Source of the DNA: an uncultured Alphaproteobacteria bacterium | Lineage (GTDB): Bacteria; Pseudomonadota; Alphaproteobacteria; Rhizobiales; Xanthobacteraceae | Length of the DNA: 64,000 bases | NCBI GenBank assembly: GCA_963814615.1 | Contig: CAWFDN010000004.1 | Coordinates: 148,743 to 212,742 of the forward strand | Reading direction: 5' to 3' | Shown: positions 9,906 to 19,064 of the stretch, one piece after another | How the letters are laid out: each line of letters starts with the position of its first letter | Numbering within the stretch: position 1 is the stretch's first letter | Notes under the pieces: generated by a model | What the model saw: only the letters and a program-made list of their open reading frames with translations | Databases searched by the model: none | Told to the model about the DNA's origin: nothing | Position numbers and translations under genes: made by a program

Positions 9906-10805
9906 CTATGCTTTCAGCATCTCTCGCAATCTCAACAGCGCCACTTCCTTGCGCCGCGACATCGGCTCGCGCCGTCGAAACAGGCTTAACGCGACATTGC
10001 GTGCTGGAGCGATGGAGAGTGCCTTCAACAATCCCAGCGTCACCTCATTTTCCGCACAGGCGCGCGGAACAATGGCAATCCCGCTGCCCGATTGCACAAT
10101 CATCTTGATGGTCTCGATATTATCGACGACCGACAGAATATTGGGCTTGATACCGAGATCGGTGAACAGTGAGAGCACCACCTGCCCGTATCCCACGGTC
10201 AATTCGCTCATGATGAAAGGCTCGGCCAACAGGCGCCCGATATCGACGGGCTGCTTTAAGCGCACCAAAGCGTGCTTTGGATGCGTGATCAATGCCATCT
10301 CTACGTCGATCAGGCGGTCGAATATCAATCCGGTCGGCAGCCGATCCGGATCCGATTCGATCGCAATTCCCGCATCGATCTTCTCTTCATGGAGTTCGTT
10401 GAAGATATTCTTGGTCGGCGCCGTCAGCAGCTCCAGCCGCACGCCGGGAAGATCATTTTTGAGGTCTGCGAACATACGCGGAATAAAGATCTGGGCCATG
10501 CCCGAGCCGATGCCGATCGTCAGCGTGTCCGACAACTCGCCGCGCAGCCGGCGGGCGGTATCGGACAGACTGAGCAGATCGCCCATCACCCGTTCGGCCT
10601 CATACAAAAAGGTGCGGCCGCGATCAGTCGCCTCGATGCCGCGCGAGGTTCGGCGAAACAGTTCAAAGCCGATTTCTTCTTCGAGCAATTTGACTTGCTC
10701 GCTGACGGCCGACTGCGAGATATTCAGTCGCTTCGCTGCCTTGGTGAAGCTGCGTTCCTTCGAGACCGAAAGGGCGTAGCGCAGTTGCCGGAAGTCCAAA
10801 TCCAC
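9906..10805 (-). CDS. LysR-family transcriptional regulator
   Basis: N-terminal wHTH FTKAAKRLNISQSAVSEQVKLLEEEIGFELFRR. 299 aa. Confidence 0.9.
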   Translation of the reverse strand: MDLDFRQLRYALSVSKERSFTKAAKRLNISQSAVSEQVKLLEEEIGFELFRRTSRGIEATDRGRTFLYEAERVMGDLLSLSDTARRLRGELSDTLTIGIGSGMAQIFIPRMFADLKNDLPGVRLELLTAPTKNIFNELHEEKIDAGIAIESDPDRLPTGLIFDRLIDVEMALITHPKHALVRLKQPVDIGRLLAEPFIMSELTVGYGQVVLSLFTDLGIKPNILSVVDNIETIKMIVQSGSGIAIVPRACAENEVTLGLLKALSIAPARNVALSLFRRREPMSRRKEVALLRLREMLKA

Positions 10806-10829
10806 ATTCCTTCAAATAATCGGAGCGCT

Positions 10830-11219
10830 TCACATAACCGGCATGGCGCCGATCGGGTCGACGTCGACATGGGTTCGAAGACGGGAAATGCCGTTCTCGA
10901 TCACGCGCGATGCGCGATCGGCAATTTCCCGCACGCTGTAATTGCGCTTGATCTCCCACAAAATCTTGATCGCTTCGGTGAGCCCCCCTGAGACGTTGAC
11001 CGGGGCGCGCTCCGAAATCAGCGCCTTATCGAAATGAATGTGGGGCTCGACAAAGCCCGGAACCGCCATTCGGCCTTGCGCATCGAGCGTGAGGGCTGCA
11101 CTTGAGGAAGCGGCGCTGGAGCCGATGCTCACGAAGCGACCATCGGCGATTCCGACGTCGCACAGGCCTTCATAGCCCGGCAGCGCAACGTTCTTGACGG
11201 GAATATCCAATGCCATCAT
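10830..11219 (-). pseudogene. truncated metal-dependent amidohydrolase (cytosine deaminase / AtzC-like N-terminal ~125 aa only)
   Basis: It has the N-terminal beta-sandwich and the first metal motif (PGFVEPHIHFDKAL ... RTHVDVDP). It then stops at 129 aa, 24 nt before the LysR start. Full-length relatives are about 400 aa. Confidence 0.55.
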
Positions 11220-11380
11220 AAGGCCTTGCCTCGAACGTCGGTGATACAGTCCATCAACGAATTTTAGGCGATGCAGCCGCTCGCCGTGGCCATCAATTCA
11301 GTTCACTCGGCACAGCGCGTGCTATACACTGCCACTGCCGGGTTGCATCAAGAATGTTCTACATTCGAAAGAGGATTGTT

Positions 11381-12328
11381 ATGTCCGCTGCGCCCAAATC
11401 CGTGCTTGCTCGCCTGTTGTTCATCTCATTGGCAGCCCTATCGCTTCTGCTCCCTGCACCTCAGGCCAAAGCTGACGACAAGGTTCTCCGGGTCGGGACG
11501 CTGAAACTGATCCACGGCATCACGCCTTATTTCTACGAGAAATTCGCACCGCCCGGTTACACCGTGGAGGTGGTGCCGTTCGAGAGCCCGACGGACGGCA
11601 AGAACGCCGTGCTGACCGGCACGGTCGACACCTGCATCCATGGCATTGCCGCATTTCTGCTCGGTGCCGCCGCGGGCGAGCCGGTCGTGATTGTCGCCGC
11701 CGCGACCAATCGCGGCATGGGCATCGTCGCCGATGCCAAATCCGACATCAAGACCATCAAGGACCTCAAGGGAAAACGCGTCGCCATCTTCCCGGGGTCG
11801 ACGCAAGAGGTGGTCATCCTCGAACGTCTCAAGGCCGAGGGCATGTCGATCAGCGACATTCAGCCGATCCGGCTTTCGTTTAGCGACATGGCCGGCGCGC
11901 TGGCTCGCGGCGATATCGACGCCTATGTTGGCGCGGAGCCGGGCCCCGGAATCAGCCTTGCGAACGGTACCGGCAGGCTGATCGAATATCCGTATTCCAC
12001 GGCGATCGGTTCGCTCAACATGATCCTGTCCGCGAGCGAAAAGATGATCAAGGAAAACCCCGATCGGCTCAAGATGATCGTGAAAATGCATGAGCAAGCG
12101 ACCGACTATGCGATGGCGCATCCCGATGAGATGGTTCAGGTCGCGATGCAGAAGCTCGGTCAACAACGCAAGTCGATCGAGATTGCGGTTCCGAACGTCG
12201 AATTGACCTGGAAGATCGACGACGAGTTTATCAAGCGCGCCAAAGCCTATAGCGAACTCATGGTCGAGAAGAAGCAGGTGCGCCAGGCCCCGGACATGTC
12301 ACGGGCGATTACCGAAAAGTTCATGTAG
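11381..12328 (+). CDS. ABC transporter substrate-binding protein, NMT1/THI5-like (NitT/TauT family)
   Basis: ATG at 11381 is preceded by AGAGGA. Signal peptide MSAAPKSVLARLLFISLAALSLLLPAPQAKA. Confidence 0.8.
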   Translation: MSAAPKSVLARLLFISLAALSLLLPAPQAKADDKVLRVGTLKLIHGITPYFYEKFAPPGYTVEVVPFESPTDGKNAVLTGTVDTCIHGIAAFLLGAAAGEPVVIVAAATNRGMGIVADAKSDIKTIKDLKGKRVAIFPGSTQEVVILERLKAEGMSISDIQPIRLSFSDMAGALARGDIDAYVGAEPGPGISLANGTGRLIEYPYSTAIGSLNMILSASEKMIKENPDRLKMIVKMHEQATDYAMAHPDEMVQVAMQKLGQQRKSIEIAVPNVELTWKIDDEFIKRAKAYSELMVEKKQVRQAPDMSRAITEKFM

Positions 12329-12337
12329 CCGATCGCC

Positions 12338-13210
12338 GTGAACAACCACATCACCACCATATCGGAGGGTGCGCCGCGGGGCGCATCTGAAGCCGCAGCC
12401 GCGATACGCCGGCGCAACCGGCAGCGGGTGGAAAAGCTGCGAGCCTTTGCCCTTGGCATCGGCTTTCCCATCCTGCTGGTGCTGATCTGGGATCGTGCCG
12501 TCGCGATCACAGGCACGCGGCTCATTCCGAGCCCGTACCAGGTGGCGGTCATGATGTACGACTTCTCGTTCGGAGGCGTTTACGACGACGCCTTCAGCGG
12601 CACGATCTTGATCCATGTCTGGAAATCGGTGCAGCGCGTCTACGGCGGATTTTTCCTTGCCGCATTGATCGGCATTCCGCTCGGAATGATGGTCGGACGC
12701 ATCAAAATCCTGCGGCAATTGCTCGATCCGACGATCTCGGTGCTGCGCCCGATTCCGGTGACGGCCTGGCTGCCGCTGTCGATGATCTTTTTTGGCTTGG
12801 GGCCGAACGCGGCGATCTTCCTGGTATTCCTCGGCGCTTTTTACCCGATCCTGCTGAACACGATGTTCGGGGTCCGCTCTGTCGATCCGCGCCTGTTCGA
12901 GGCCGCCGCGATGCTGGGTTGCTCCGGGACCGGAATGTTTCGACAAATTGTGCTGCCCGCTTCGTTGCCGTCGATTTTCAACGGACTGCGGATTGCGCAC
13001 GGTTTCGCCTGGATTTTGATCGTGGTCGGTGAGATGACCGGCGTGCCGACCGGTCTCGGCTCAGTCGTGATGGATGGCCGCACGCTTTCGCGTACTGATC
13101 TTGTGATCACCGGCATGATCGTCATCGGCGCCTGCGGGTTTGTCACCGATCGGATCATCGTCGCACTCAGCAACCGCCTGTTAAAGTGGAGTCCACAGCA
13201 CCGTGAATGA
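12338..13210 (+). CDS. ABC transporter permease (NitT/TauT type)
   Basis: Multi-TM protein of the BPD-transport family. GTG start 7 nt after the SBP stop. Confidence 0.85.
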   Translation: MNNHITTISEGAPRGASEAAAAIRRRNRQRVEKLRAFALGIGFPILLVLIWDRAVAITGTRLIPSPYQVAVMMYDFSFGGVYDDAFSGTILIHVWKSVQRVYGGFFLAALIGIPLGMMVGRIKILRQLLDPTISVLRPIPVTAWLPLSMIFFGLGPNAAIFLVFLGAFYPILLNTMFGVRSVDPRLFEAAAMLGCSGTGMFRQIVLPASLPSIFNGLRIAHGFAWILIVVGEMTGVPTGLGSVVMDGRTLSRTDLVITGMIVIGACGFVTDRIIVALSNRLLKWSPQHRE

Positions 13211-13997
13211 CGAAGGACGCCCGGCCATCCTGACCATCCGCGGTGTGACCAAGCGCTTTACGCTCGGCGACGACGAAGTCGTGGCGCTGGCGCCTGTCGA
13301 TCTGACGATTCCGAAAGGCGAATTTGTCTGCCTGATCGGCGCGTCGGGCTGCGGGAAATCGACGCTGATGCGCATCATCGCCGGCTTTGAAGAGCCGACC
13401 ACCGGAGAGGCTTCGGTCTCAGGCATCCCCATCACAGGGCCGGGCCCCGACCGCGGCATGGTGTTCCAGGACTACGCCTTGTTTCCATGGATGACGGTGC
13501 GCGAGAACATCAGCTTTGGACCACGGCAGCGCCGATTGCCACACGACGAGATTGAGAAAACTACCGATGAATTCGTAAAAATGGTGGGCTTGGAACGCTT
13601 TGCCGACCGTTATCCAAGTCAGTTGTCGGGTGGAATGAAGCAGCGCGTGGCGATCGCACGCGTGCTTGCGAATAATGCCGACATCCTTCTGATGGATGAG
13701 CCGTTCGGCGCCCTTGACGCACTGACTCGCGAGCAGCTTCAGCACGAACTCTTGCAAATCTGGTCACGCACCGGCGTCACCACCATCTTCGTCACGCATT
13801 CGGTGGAGGAAGCCGTTCTGTTGGCGGACCGCGTGCTGGTGATGAGCGCCGGACCGGGGCGGATCGACAGCGATGTTCGCATCGACCTCGCCCGCCCGCG
13901 CGACGTGTCTTCGCCGGAATTCAATGCGTTGCGGCGGGACATCGCACGCCGGCTTACCAGCCATTTGGTGCCTTCGCGGCATGAGGCTCCTGCATAA
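13203..13997 (+). CDS. ABC transporter ATP-binding protein (NitT/TauT type)
   Basis: Walker A GASGCGKST, LSGGMKQR, Walker B ILLMDEPFGALD. It overlaps the permease stop by 8 nt. Confidence 0.9.
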   Translation: MNDEGRPAILTIRGVTKRFTLGDDEVVALAPVDLTIPKGEFVCLIGASGCGKSTLMRIIAGFEEPTTGEASVSGIPITGPGPDRGMVFQDYALFPWMTVRENISFGPRQRRLPHDEIEKTTDEFVKMVGLERFADRYPSQLSGGMKQRVAIARVLANNADILLMDEPFGALDALTREQLQHELLQIWSRTGVTTIFVTHSVEEAVLLADRVLVMSAGPGRIDSDVRIDLARPRDVSSPEFNALRRDIARRLTSHLVPSRHEAPA

Positions 13998-14135
13998 TTC
14001 CGCGGCGGTTTGACCGGCTCTGCACAAAGAAGCGGCATAAAGTCGGAGCGTCCTGATGTTACCCATCTAACTCCATGACACAGATGGATTTTTTTAAATT
14101 TGCCTTGTGGCATACAAGTTGCGTAAGACGGAGCA

Positions 14136-14918
14136 ATGCAGCCAGTCCCAGTCCAATTGAGTGTTCGCAACGTCAAGAAGTCCTTCCCCGGCAAGGCCGG
14201 AGAAGTTCGCGTGCTTGACGACCTTACCTTTGGCATCAACGAGCGCGACTTCGTCAGCATCATCGGGCCCAGCGGCTGCGGCAAAACGACGATCTTCAAC
14301 ATCATCGCCGGCCTGCTCGAACCCGATTCCGGCACCATGCATTATCGCGGCGAAGAGATCGAAAGCCTGCGCGGCCGTGTCGGCTACATGATGCAGAAGG
14401 ACCTGTTGTTTCCCTGGCGAACCGTGCTCGGCAATGTCCTGCTCGGGCTCGAGACCCGCGGCGTCGATCGCGACGAGGCCGAAGCAAAGGCCCGCGAATA
14501 TCTCAAAGACTTCGGCCTTTCCGGTTTTGAGAACGCGTACCCGAAGACCCTGTCCGGCGGCATGCGGCAACGGGTGGCATTGATCCGCACACTCATCATG
14601 GACCCCGACATCCTGTTGCTCGATGAACCGTTTTCGGCGCTGGACTACCAGACCCGCCTTTACCTCGAAGGTGTGCTGAAGGACGCGGTCGAGACCTACC
14701 ACAAGACCGTCATTCTGGTGACGCACGACATCGATGAGGCGGTGGCACTGTCGAAGCGCGTCGTGGTGCTCAGCGGGCGTCCGGCCCGGGTGAAGATCGT
14801 GCACGACATCGAGATCAGCTCGCCCTCACCCATCGCCGCCCGCAGCGACAGCCGGTTTTCCGGCTACTTCCATGCGCTCTGCGCCGAACTCGACATCCAG
14901 ACCGAGAAAACAGCTTGA
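14136..14918 (+). CDS. ABC transporter ATP-binding protein (NitT/TauT type), second system
   Basis: GPSGCGKTT, LSGGMRQR, ILLLDEPFSALD. GGAG RBS precedes the ATG at 14136. Confidence 0.9.
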   Translation: MQPVPVQLSVRNVKKSFPGKAGEVRVLDDLTFGINERDFVSIIGPSGCGKTTIFNIIAGLLEPDSGTMHYRGEEIESLRGRVGYMMQKDLLFPWRTVLGNVLLGLETRGVDRDEAEAKAREYLKDFGLSGFENAYPKTLSGGMRQRVALIRTLIMDPDILLLDEPFSALDYQTRLYLEGVLKDAVETYHKTVILVTHDIDEAVALSKRVVVLSGRPARVKIVHDIEISSPSPIAARSDSRFSGYFHALCAELDIQTEKTA

Positions 14919-15769
14919 CCATCACGATGCCTGAAGCAACTGCCTTGCAAAAGCGGAAAGCGCGCCGCAACCGACGACGCGTGAACTGGGACACCACGCT
15001 CGGCCGCGCGATGCTGCAAGTGTCAGCCGTGGTGGCGTTCTTCGCGCTTTGGGAGTTCGGCGTCCGTATGGGGTGGGTTTCTGCCTTCTTGGTGGGATCG
15101 CCGAGCGGCATTTTCGAATTTGCCTACAAGATGCTCCTGAGTGGCGAGCTGCTTTCGGACACCTGGTACACTTTGTTCGAGGCGATCCTCGGGTTCATCA
15201 TCGGCACCATTTTCGGATCGCTGCTGGGACTGGCGCTGTGGTACTCGGTATTTGTCGCCCGGCTGGTTGAGCCCTTCATCGTGGCCATCAACAGCGTGCC
15301 GAAGATCGCGTTGGCGCCGATCGTGGTGCTGTGGTTCGGCACCGGACTGATTTCCAAAGTCGCATTGTCGGTATCGCTGACCGCGATCGTGGCGCTGATC
15401 GCCGCCTATCAGGCGGCCAAGGACGCCGACGTCGACCTCCAGTCGCTGTTGGTCTCGATGGGCGCGGACAAGCATCAGATCTTCTTCAAAGCGGTGGTGC
15501 CATCGACGTTGCCATCGATCATCGCGACGTTCCGGATCAATGTCGGATTCGGGCTGGTCGGCGCCGTGGTGGGCGAGTTCATCTCGTCGCAGCGCGGGTT
15601 GGGCCACCTGATCTACACCGCCTCCAGCCTGTACGATCTCAATACCGTCTGGGTCGGGCTGTTCACGCTGATGATCATGGGATTCATCCTCTATTACGTG
15701 ATCGATATGATTGAGCGGACGAGCTTGCCCTGGAAGCAGGCCAACACCACCCATCAGGTTCAGGTTTGA
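14915..15769 (+). CDS. ABC transporter permease (NitT/TauT type), second system
   Basis: Multi-TM protein. The TTG at 14915 overlaps the ATPase stop. An ATG at 14927 is the alternative start. Confidence 0.85.
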   Translation: MTITMPEATALQKRKARRNRRRVNWDTTLGRAMLQVSAVVAFFALWEFGVRMGWVSAFLVGSPSGIFEFAYKMLLSGELLSDTWYTLFEAILGFIIGTIFGSLLGLALWYSVFVARLVEPFIVAINSVPKIALAPIVVLWFGTGLISKVALSVSLTAIVALIAAYQAAKDADVDLQSLLVSMGADKHQIFFKAVVPSTLPSIIATFRINVGFGLVGAVVGEFISSQRGLGHLIYTASSLYDLNTVWVGLFTLMIMGFILYYVIDMIERTSLPWKQANTTHQVQV

Positions 15770-15798
15770 TTTCAATATTGAACACACGGAGACGCCCC

Positions 15799-16764
15799 AT
15801 GTCGTTTTTTACGCGTATCGCCCGCGCCGCCGCGCTTATTTCGATTCTCGCGACCCCGGCGCTCGCCGAAAACAAGAAAGTCACGCTGTCGCAGGCGTTC
15901 CAGTCGATGCTGTATTTGCCGCTCTATGTGGCGATCGACGAGGGCTTCTTCACCCAGCAGGGTCTCGACCTGACCAAGGAGACCGCCGGCGCGCCGACGG
16001 TGGCGCTGTCAGCTGTCATTTCCGGAAGCGCACAGTTTTCGATCCACGGGCCGGAATGGACGGCGATTGCGGCATCCAAAGGCGCCCCGGTCAGCATCAT
16101 CTCCAATGTCGTCAACGGCGCCGCGGTATGGATTGCGACCACGCCCGACTTCAAATTCGACAGCATCAAGGACGTCAAGGGCCAGAAGGTCGTCACCGGG
16201 TTGATGCCGACGACCAGCACTTCGCTGTTCATCAAGCTCCTGAAGGAGAACGGCATGGATGCGAAGACCGACGTCGAAATGATCCCGGTTGCAATCGGCT
16301 CCGAGCCCGGACCGTTTATCGGTAAACAGGCCAATATTGCCGTCATGTATGAGCCGGGTCTTGATCAAGCCGTCGCCAAAGGCATGAAGGTCGTTCTCGG
16401 ATTCCCGAAACTTTACGGTCCCTATGCGTTCTCGACCGTCACCGCGCGAAACGATGTCGATCCCGATCTCGCGCAACGCGTGGTCAACGGGATGGAGATG
16501 GCCATGCGCTTCATGTCCAAGAACGAAGCCAAGACCGTCGAAATCGCCAAGAAGGAATTTCCGACGCTCGATCCGGTTGTAGTGGAGGCCGCGGTGAAGC
16601 GCATGCTCGCCGACGCCGTCTATCCGCCGAGCGTCGACCTCACCGCGGATGCGCTGAAAGTGTCGATGGATACCCAGATCGCGCTTGGCAACCTGGCGGC
16701 TCAGCCGGACTACAAGACGTTCGTGGTGAAGAAGTTCATCGAGCCGGCGCTGGCGATGAAATGA
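15799..16764 (+). CDS. ABC transporter substrate-binding protein, NMT1-like, second system
   Basis: ATG at 15799 with GGAG 8 nt upstream. Signal peptide MSFFTRIARAAALISILATPALA. Confidence 0.8.
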   Translation: MSFFTRIARAAALISILATPALAENKKVTLSQAFQSMLYLPLYVAIDEGFFTQQGLDLTKETAGAPTVALSAVISGSAQFSIHGPEWTAIAASKGAPVSIISNVVNGAAVWIATTPDFKFDSIKDVKGQKVVTGLMPTTSTSLFIKLLKENGMDAKTDVEMIPVAIGSEPGPFIGKQANIAVMYEPGLDQAVAKGMKVVLGFPKLYGPYAFSTVTARNDVDPDLAQRVVNGMEMAMRFMSKNEAKTVEIAKKEFPTLDPVVVEAAVKRMLADAVYPPSVDLTADALKVSMDTQIALGNLAAQPDYKTFVVKKFIEPALAMK

Positions 16765-16765
16765 T

Positions 16766-16781
16766 TTAGAGCATGATCCGG
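16766..16781 (+). repeat. partial copy of the short dispersed intergenic repeat (TTAGAGCATGATCCGG)
   Basis: A 16-nt match to the 5' part of the copies at 19952 and 20908-20930 (reverse), lying directly after the SBP stop. Confidence 0.4.
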
Positions 16782-16812
16782 CGGGCGCCTGACATCCCTT
16801 CGCGGGTTCGGT

Positions 16813-17661
16813 TCAGGTCCCGACGCGGAGATAGCTGCGCTGCTTACGAAGATAGGCGATCACCGAAAGCGCGGTGATGAGGCCTGTCTTCGGGTTTTCT
16901 GACGGGATATTCTCGATCGACATCGAAAAACGCGCGGAGTTGGAGTCCACCTCGATCCGATGCGTATTGCGCGTCAACGCGGGATCGGCCCAGATTTCCA
17001 GTTTGGTTCGGTCGGGACCGATTCCGGCGAGCGAGAGCGCGACCGCCACATTCAGATTTGCCGGAAATCCTTTTGCCGCCTCCCGCGCCGTACCCTCGAA
17101 TATCCTGAGCGGTTCGGTAATGTGTTCGATGTCGATATTGTGCTCGACAATGTAAGGGGCACCAGCAAGCCCCCGGACCGGCTTTCGCGTCACCATCCGG
17201 ACCGAATGGATCGTGCCAACCGCGGCGGCGGTCACCGCGTCGAGGCCGATCAGGGCGCCGGTGGGCACCACGATTTGACCGCCATTTTGCTTCGCAAGCT
17301 CGATCAGATCCTCGTGCTCGAGAAGGGCACCCGCACTCAGAACGATCGCCGTTTTTCCGCTCCCGACAAAGGGGGCGACGATCGACCTCACAAGCTTGGC
17401 CGGCGCGCACTCGACCACGATGTCGGCGACCTCGGAAAGCGCCTCGATCGGCAACACGGCCGGCATTGTTTTTAATTTGCCAAGCCGGCTGCGGTGCTTT
17501 TCAGGATTTTGCACCGACACGGCGGTGAGAACCAAACCATCTATGCCCTGGTCCAGCGCTTCGACCACCCTGATCCCAATCGGCCCCAGTCCGGCGACCG
17601 CGACGCGCAAGTCGGTTCGTGAACTTTTCAATGAATTCATCTTCGAAACTGATTTACCCAT
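16813..17661 (-). CDS. L-aspartate dehydrogenase family protein (NadX-like, DUF108 domain)
   Basis: LRVAVAGLGPIG Rossmann motif. C-terminal block AKGFPANLNVAVALSLAG ... LEIWADP ... NTHRIEV. The start was taken at ATG 17661; ATG 17640 is possible. Confidence 0.8.
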   Translation of the reverse strand: MGKSVSKMNSLKSSRTDLRVAVAGLGPIGIRVVEALDQGIDGLVLTAVSVQNPEKHRSRLGKLKTMPAVLPIEALSEVADIVVECAPAKLVRSIVAPFVGSGKTAIVLSAGALLEHEDLIELAKQNGGQIVVPTGALIGLDAVTAAAVGTIHSVRMVTRKPVRGLAGAPYIVEHNIDIEHITEPLRIFEGTAREAAKGFPANLNVAVALSLAGIGPDRTKLEIWADPALTRNTHRIEVDSNSARFSMSIENIPSENPKTGLITALSVIAYLRKQRSYLRVGT

Positions 17662-17878
17662 GACCCCAGCTAACCGAACTGCGCCGGGATCATCAAGCCG
17701 CATCTTCCTGCATCCAAAATAATCGCCAAAATAATTGCGATGAAATCGCCCGTTGCATCGGGATCCCTTCAACGAGGACGAGGGTTATTGGCGTCGCGTC
17801 GTAGCACTTCGGCTGCGCATCGGCGATGCGAGTGTCGCGGGCGACCGTTCTCAAACGACGGGATCGCGAGCCGCAATT

Positions 17879-18940
17879 CTACGAGGCTGAATCCTGCCGA
17901 GCTGACGGCCTGCGTTCAATCGGGTGAATGTCGATGGCGCGCAAGCGGCCCATTCGCAGCACAGCCATCTCGATCGTGCGATCGATCCGGTCGCGATCAA
18001 GCACACGGATCAAATCGTCGACGCCGTTGATATCAACGCCGTCCAGTTTGATCACGACATCGCCGGGCAATAACCCCGCCCGCGCGGCGGGTCCGTCGGG
18101 TTCGATCTGGGCCAGCAGCGCGCCCATCCTGCTCTCAATACCGGCTACGACCGCATGCCTTCTCGGGATCGGCGCGGTCTGGCCGGACACCCCGATATAG
18201 CCGCGCCTGACATAGCCGTGGCGGATGATCTCGGACAAGACGAATTGCGCGGTGTTGCTGGCGACCGCAAAGCAAATACCTTGCGCGCCGCTGATGATCG
18301 CCGTGTTGATGCCGATCACCTCGGCCGACGTCGATACCAGAGGCCCGCCAGAGTTACCCGGATTGAGCGCGGCGTCGGTTTGAATGACGTCTTCGATGGT
18401 CCGTCCGCTCACCGAGCGGATCGAACGGCCAAGCGCCGACACCACGCCCGCCGTCACGGTCAATTCAAAGCCGAGCGGATTGCCGATCGCGACGACCAGC
18501 TGACCGCGCCGCAAACCCTTGGAATTGCCGAGCGACGCGTAGTGCAAATCTCGCACGCCGTCGGCCCGCAGTAGAGCCAGATCAGTATCGGGATCGACGC
18601 CGAGCACGCGGGCGTCGGTGACAATGCCCTCGATGTCGCGCAGCCTGATCTGCTTCGACGATCCAACCACATGGCTGTTGGTCAGCACCAATCCGTCGGG
18701 AGAGATGACGATGCCGGAACCGAGTCCGCCGCGCTCGCGCCCGCTCCGCACCTTCGGCCCGGTTTCAACCCGGACCACGGCGGGTCCGACCCGCTCGGTC
18801 ACGCCGATCACGGCATTGGAATAGGCGTCGAGCAGATCGTGCTCGGCGGCTTGTTCGGCGGCTTGCGATGAGGAGGTCTCACCGGACGGCCTCTCGTCGA
18901 ATGGGCGCTCGGTGAATGAGTCCTGGGTAAGATCCAACAT
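17879..18940 (-). CDS. HtrA/DegP-family (S1C) serine protease with C-terminal PDZ domain
   Basis: Catalytic triad contexts VLTNSHVV, DLALLRA and NPGNSGGPLV. PDZ-like tail (GLLPGDVVIKLDGVDING). Confidence 0.85.
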   Translation of the reverse strand: MLDLTQDSFTERPFDERPSGETSSSQAAEQAAEHDLLDAYSNAVIGVTERVGPAVVRVETGPKVRSGRERGGLGSGIVISPDGLVLTNSHVVGSSKQIRLRDIEGIVTDARVLGVDPDTDLALLRADGVRDLHYASLGNSKGLRRGQLVVAIGNPLGFELTVTAGVVSALGRSIRSVSGRTIEDVIQTDAALNPGNSGGPLVSTSAEVIGINTAIISGAQGICFAVASNTAQFVLSEIIRHGYVRRGYIGVSGQTAPIPRRHAVVAGIESRMGALLAQIEPDGPAARAGLLPGDVVIKLDGVDINGVDDLIRVLDRDRIDRTIEMAVLRMGRLRAIDIHPIERRPSARQDSAS

Positions 18941-19064
18941 GGCAAATTCCTTCGGACGTCAGATGGTGAGGGTATTTTGCCCTCGCAAGAGCCCTCGAAG
19001 GACGGCCGCCGGTGAGCTTTCGAAGCCCGTAGCCCGAAAGCTTCCGACGTGTTGATCGCGCCAC

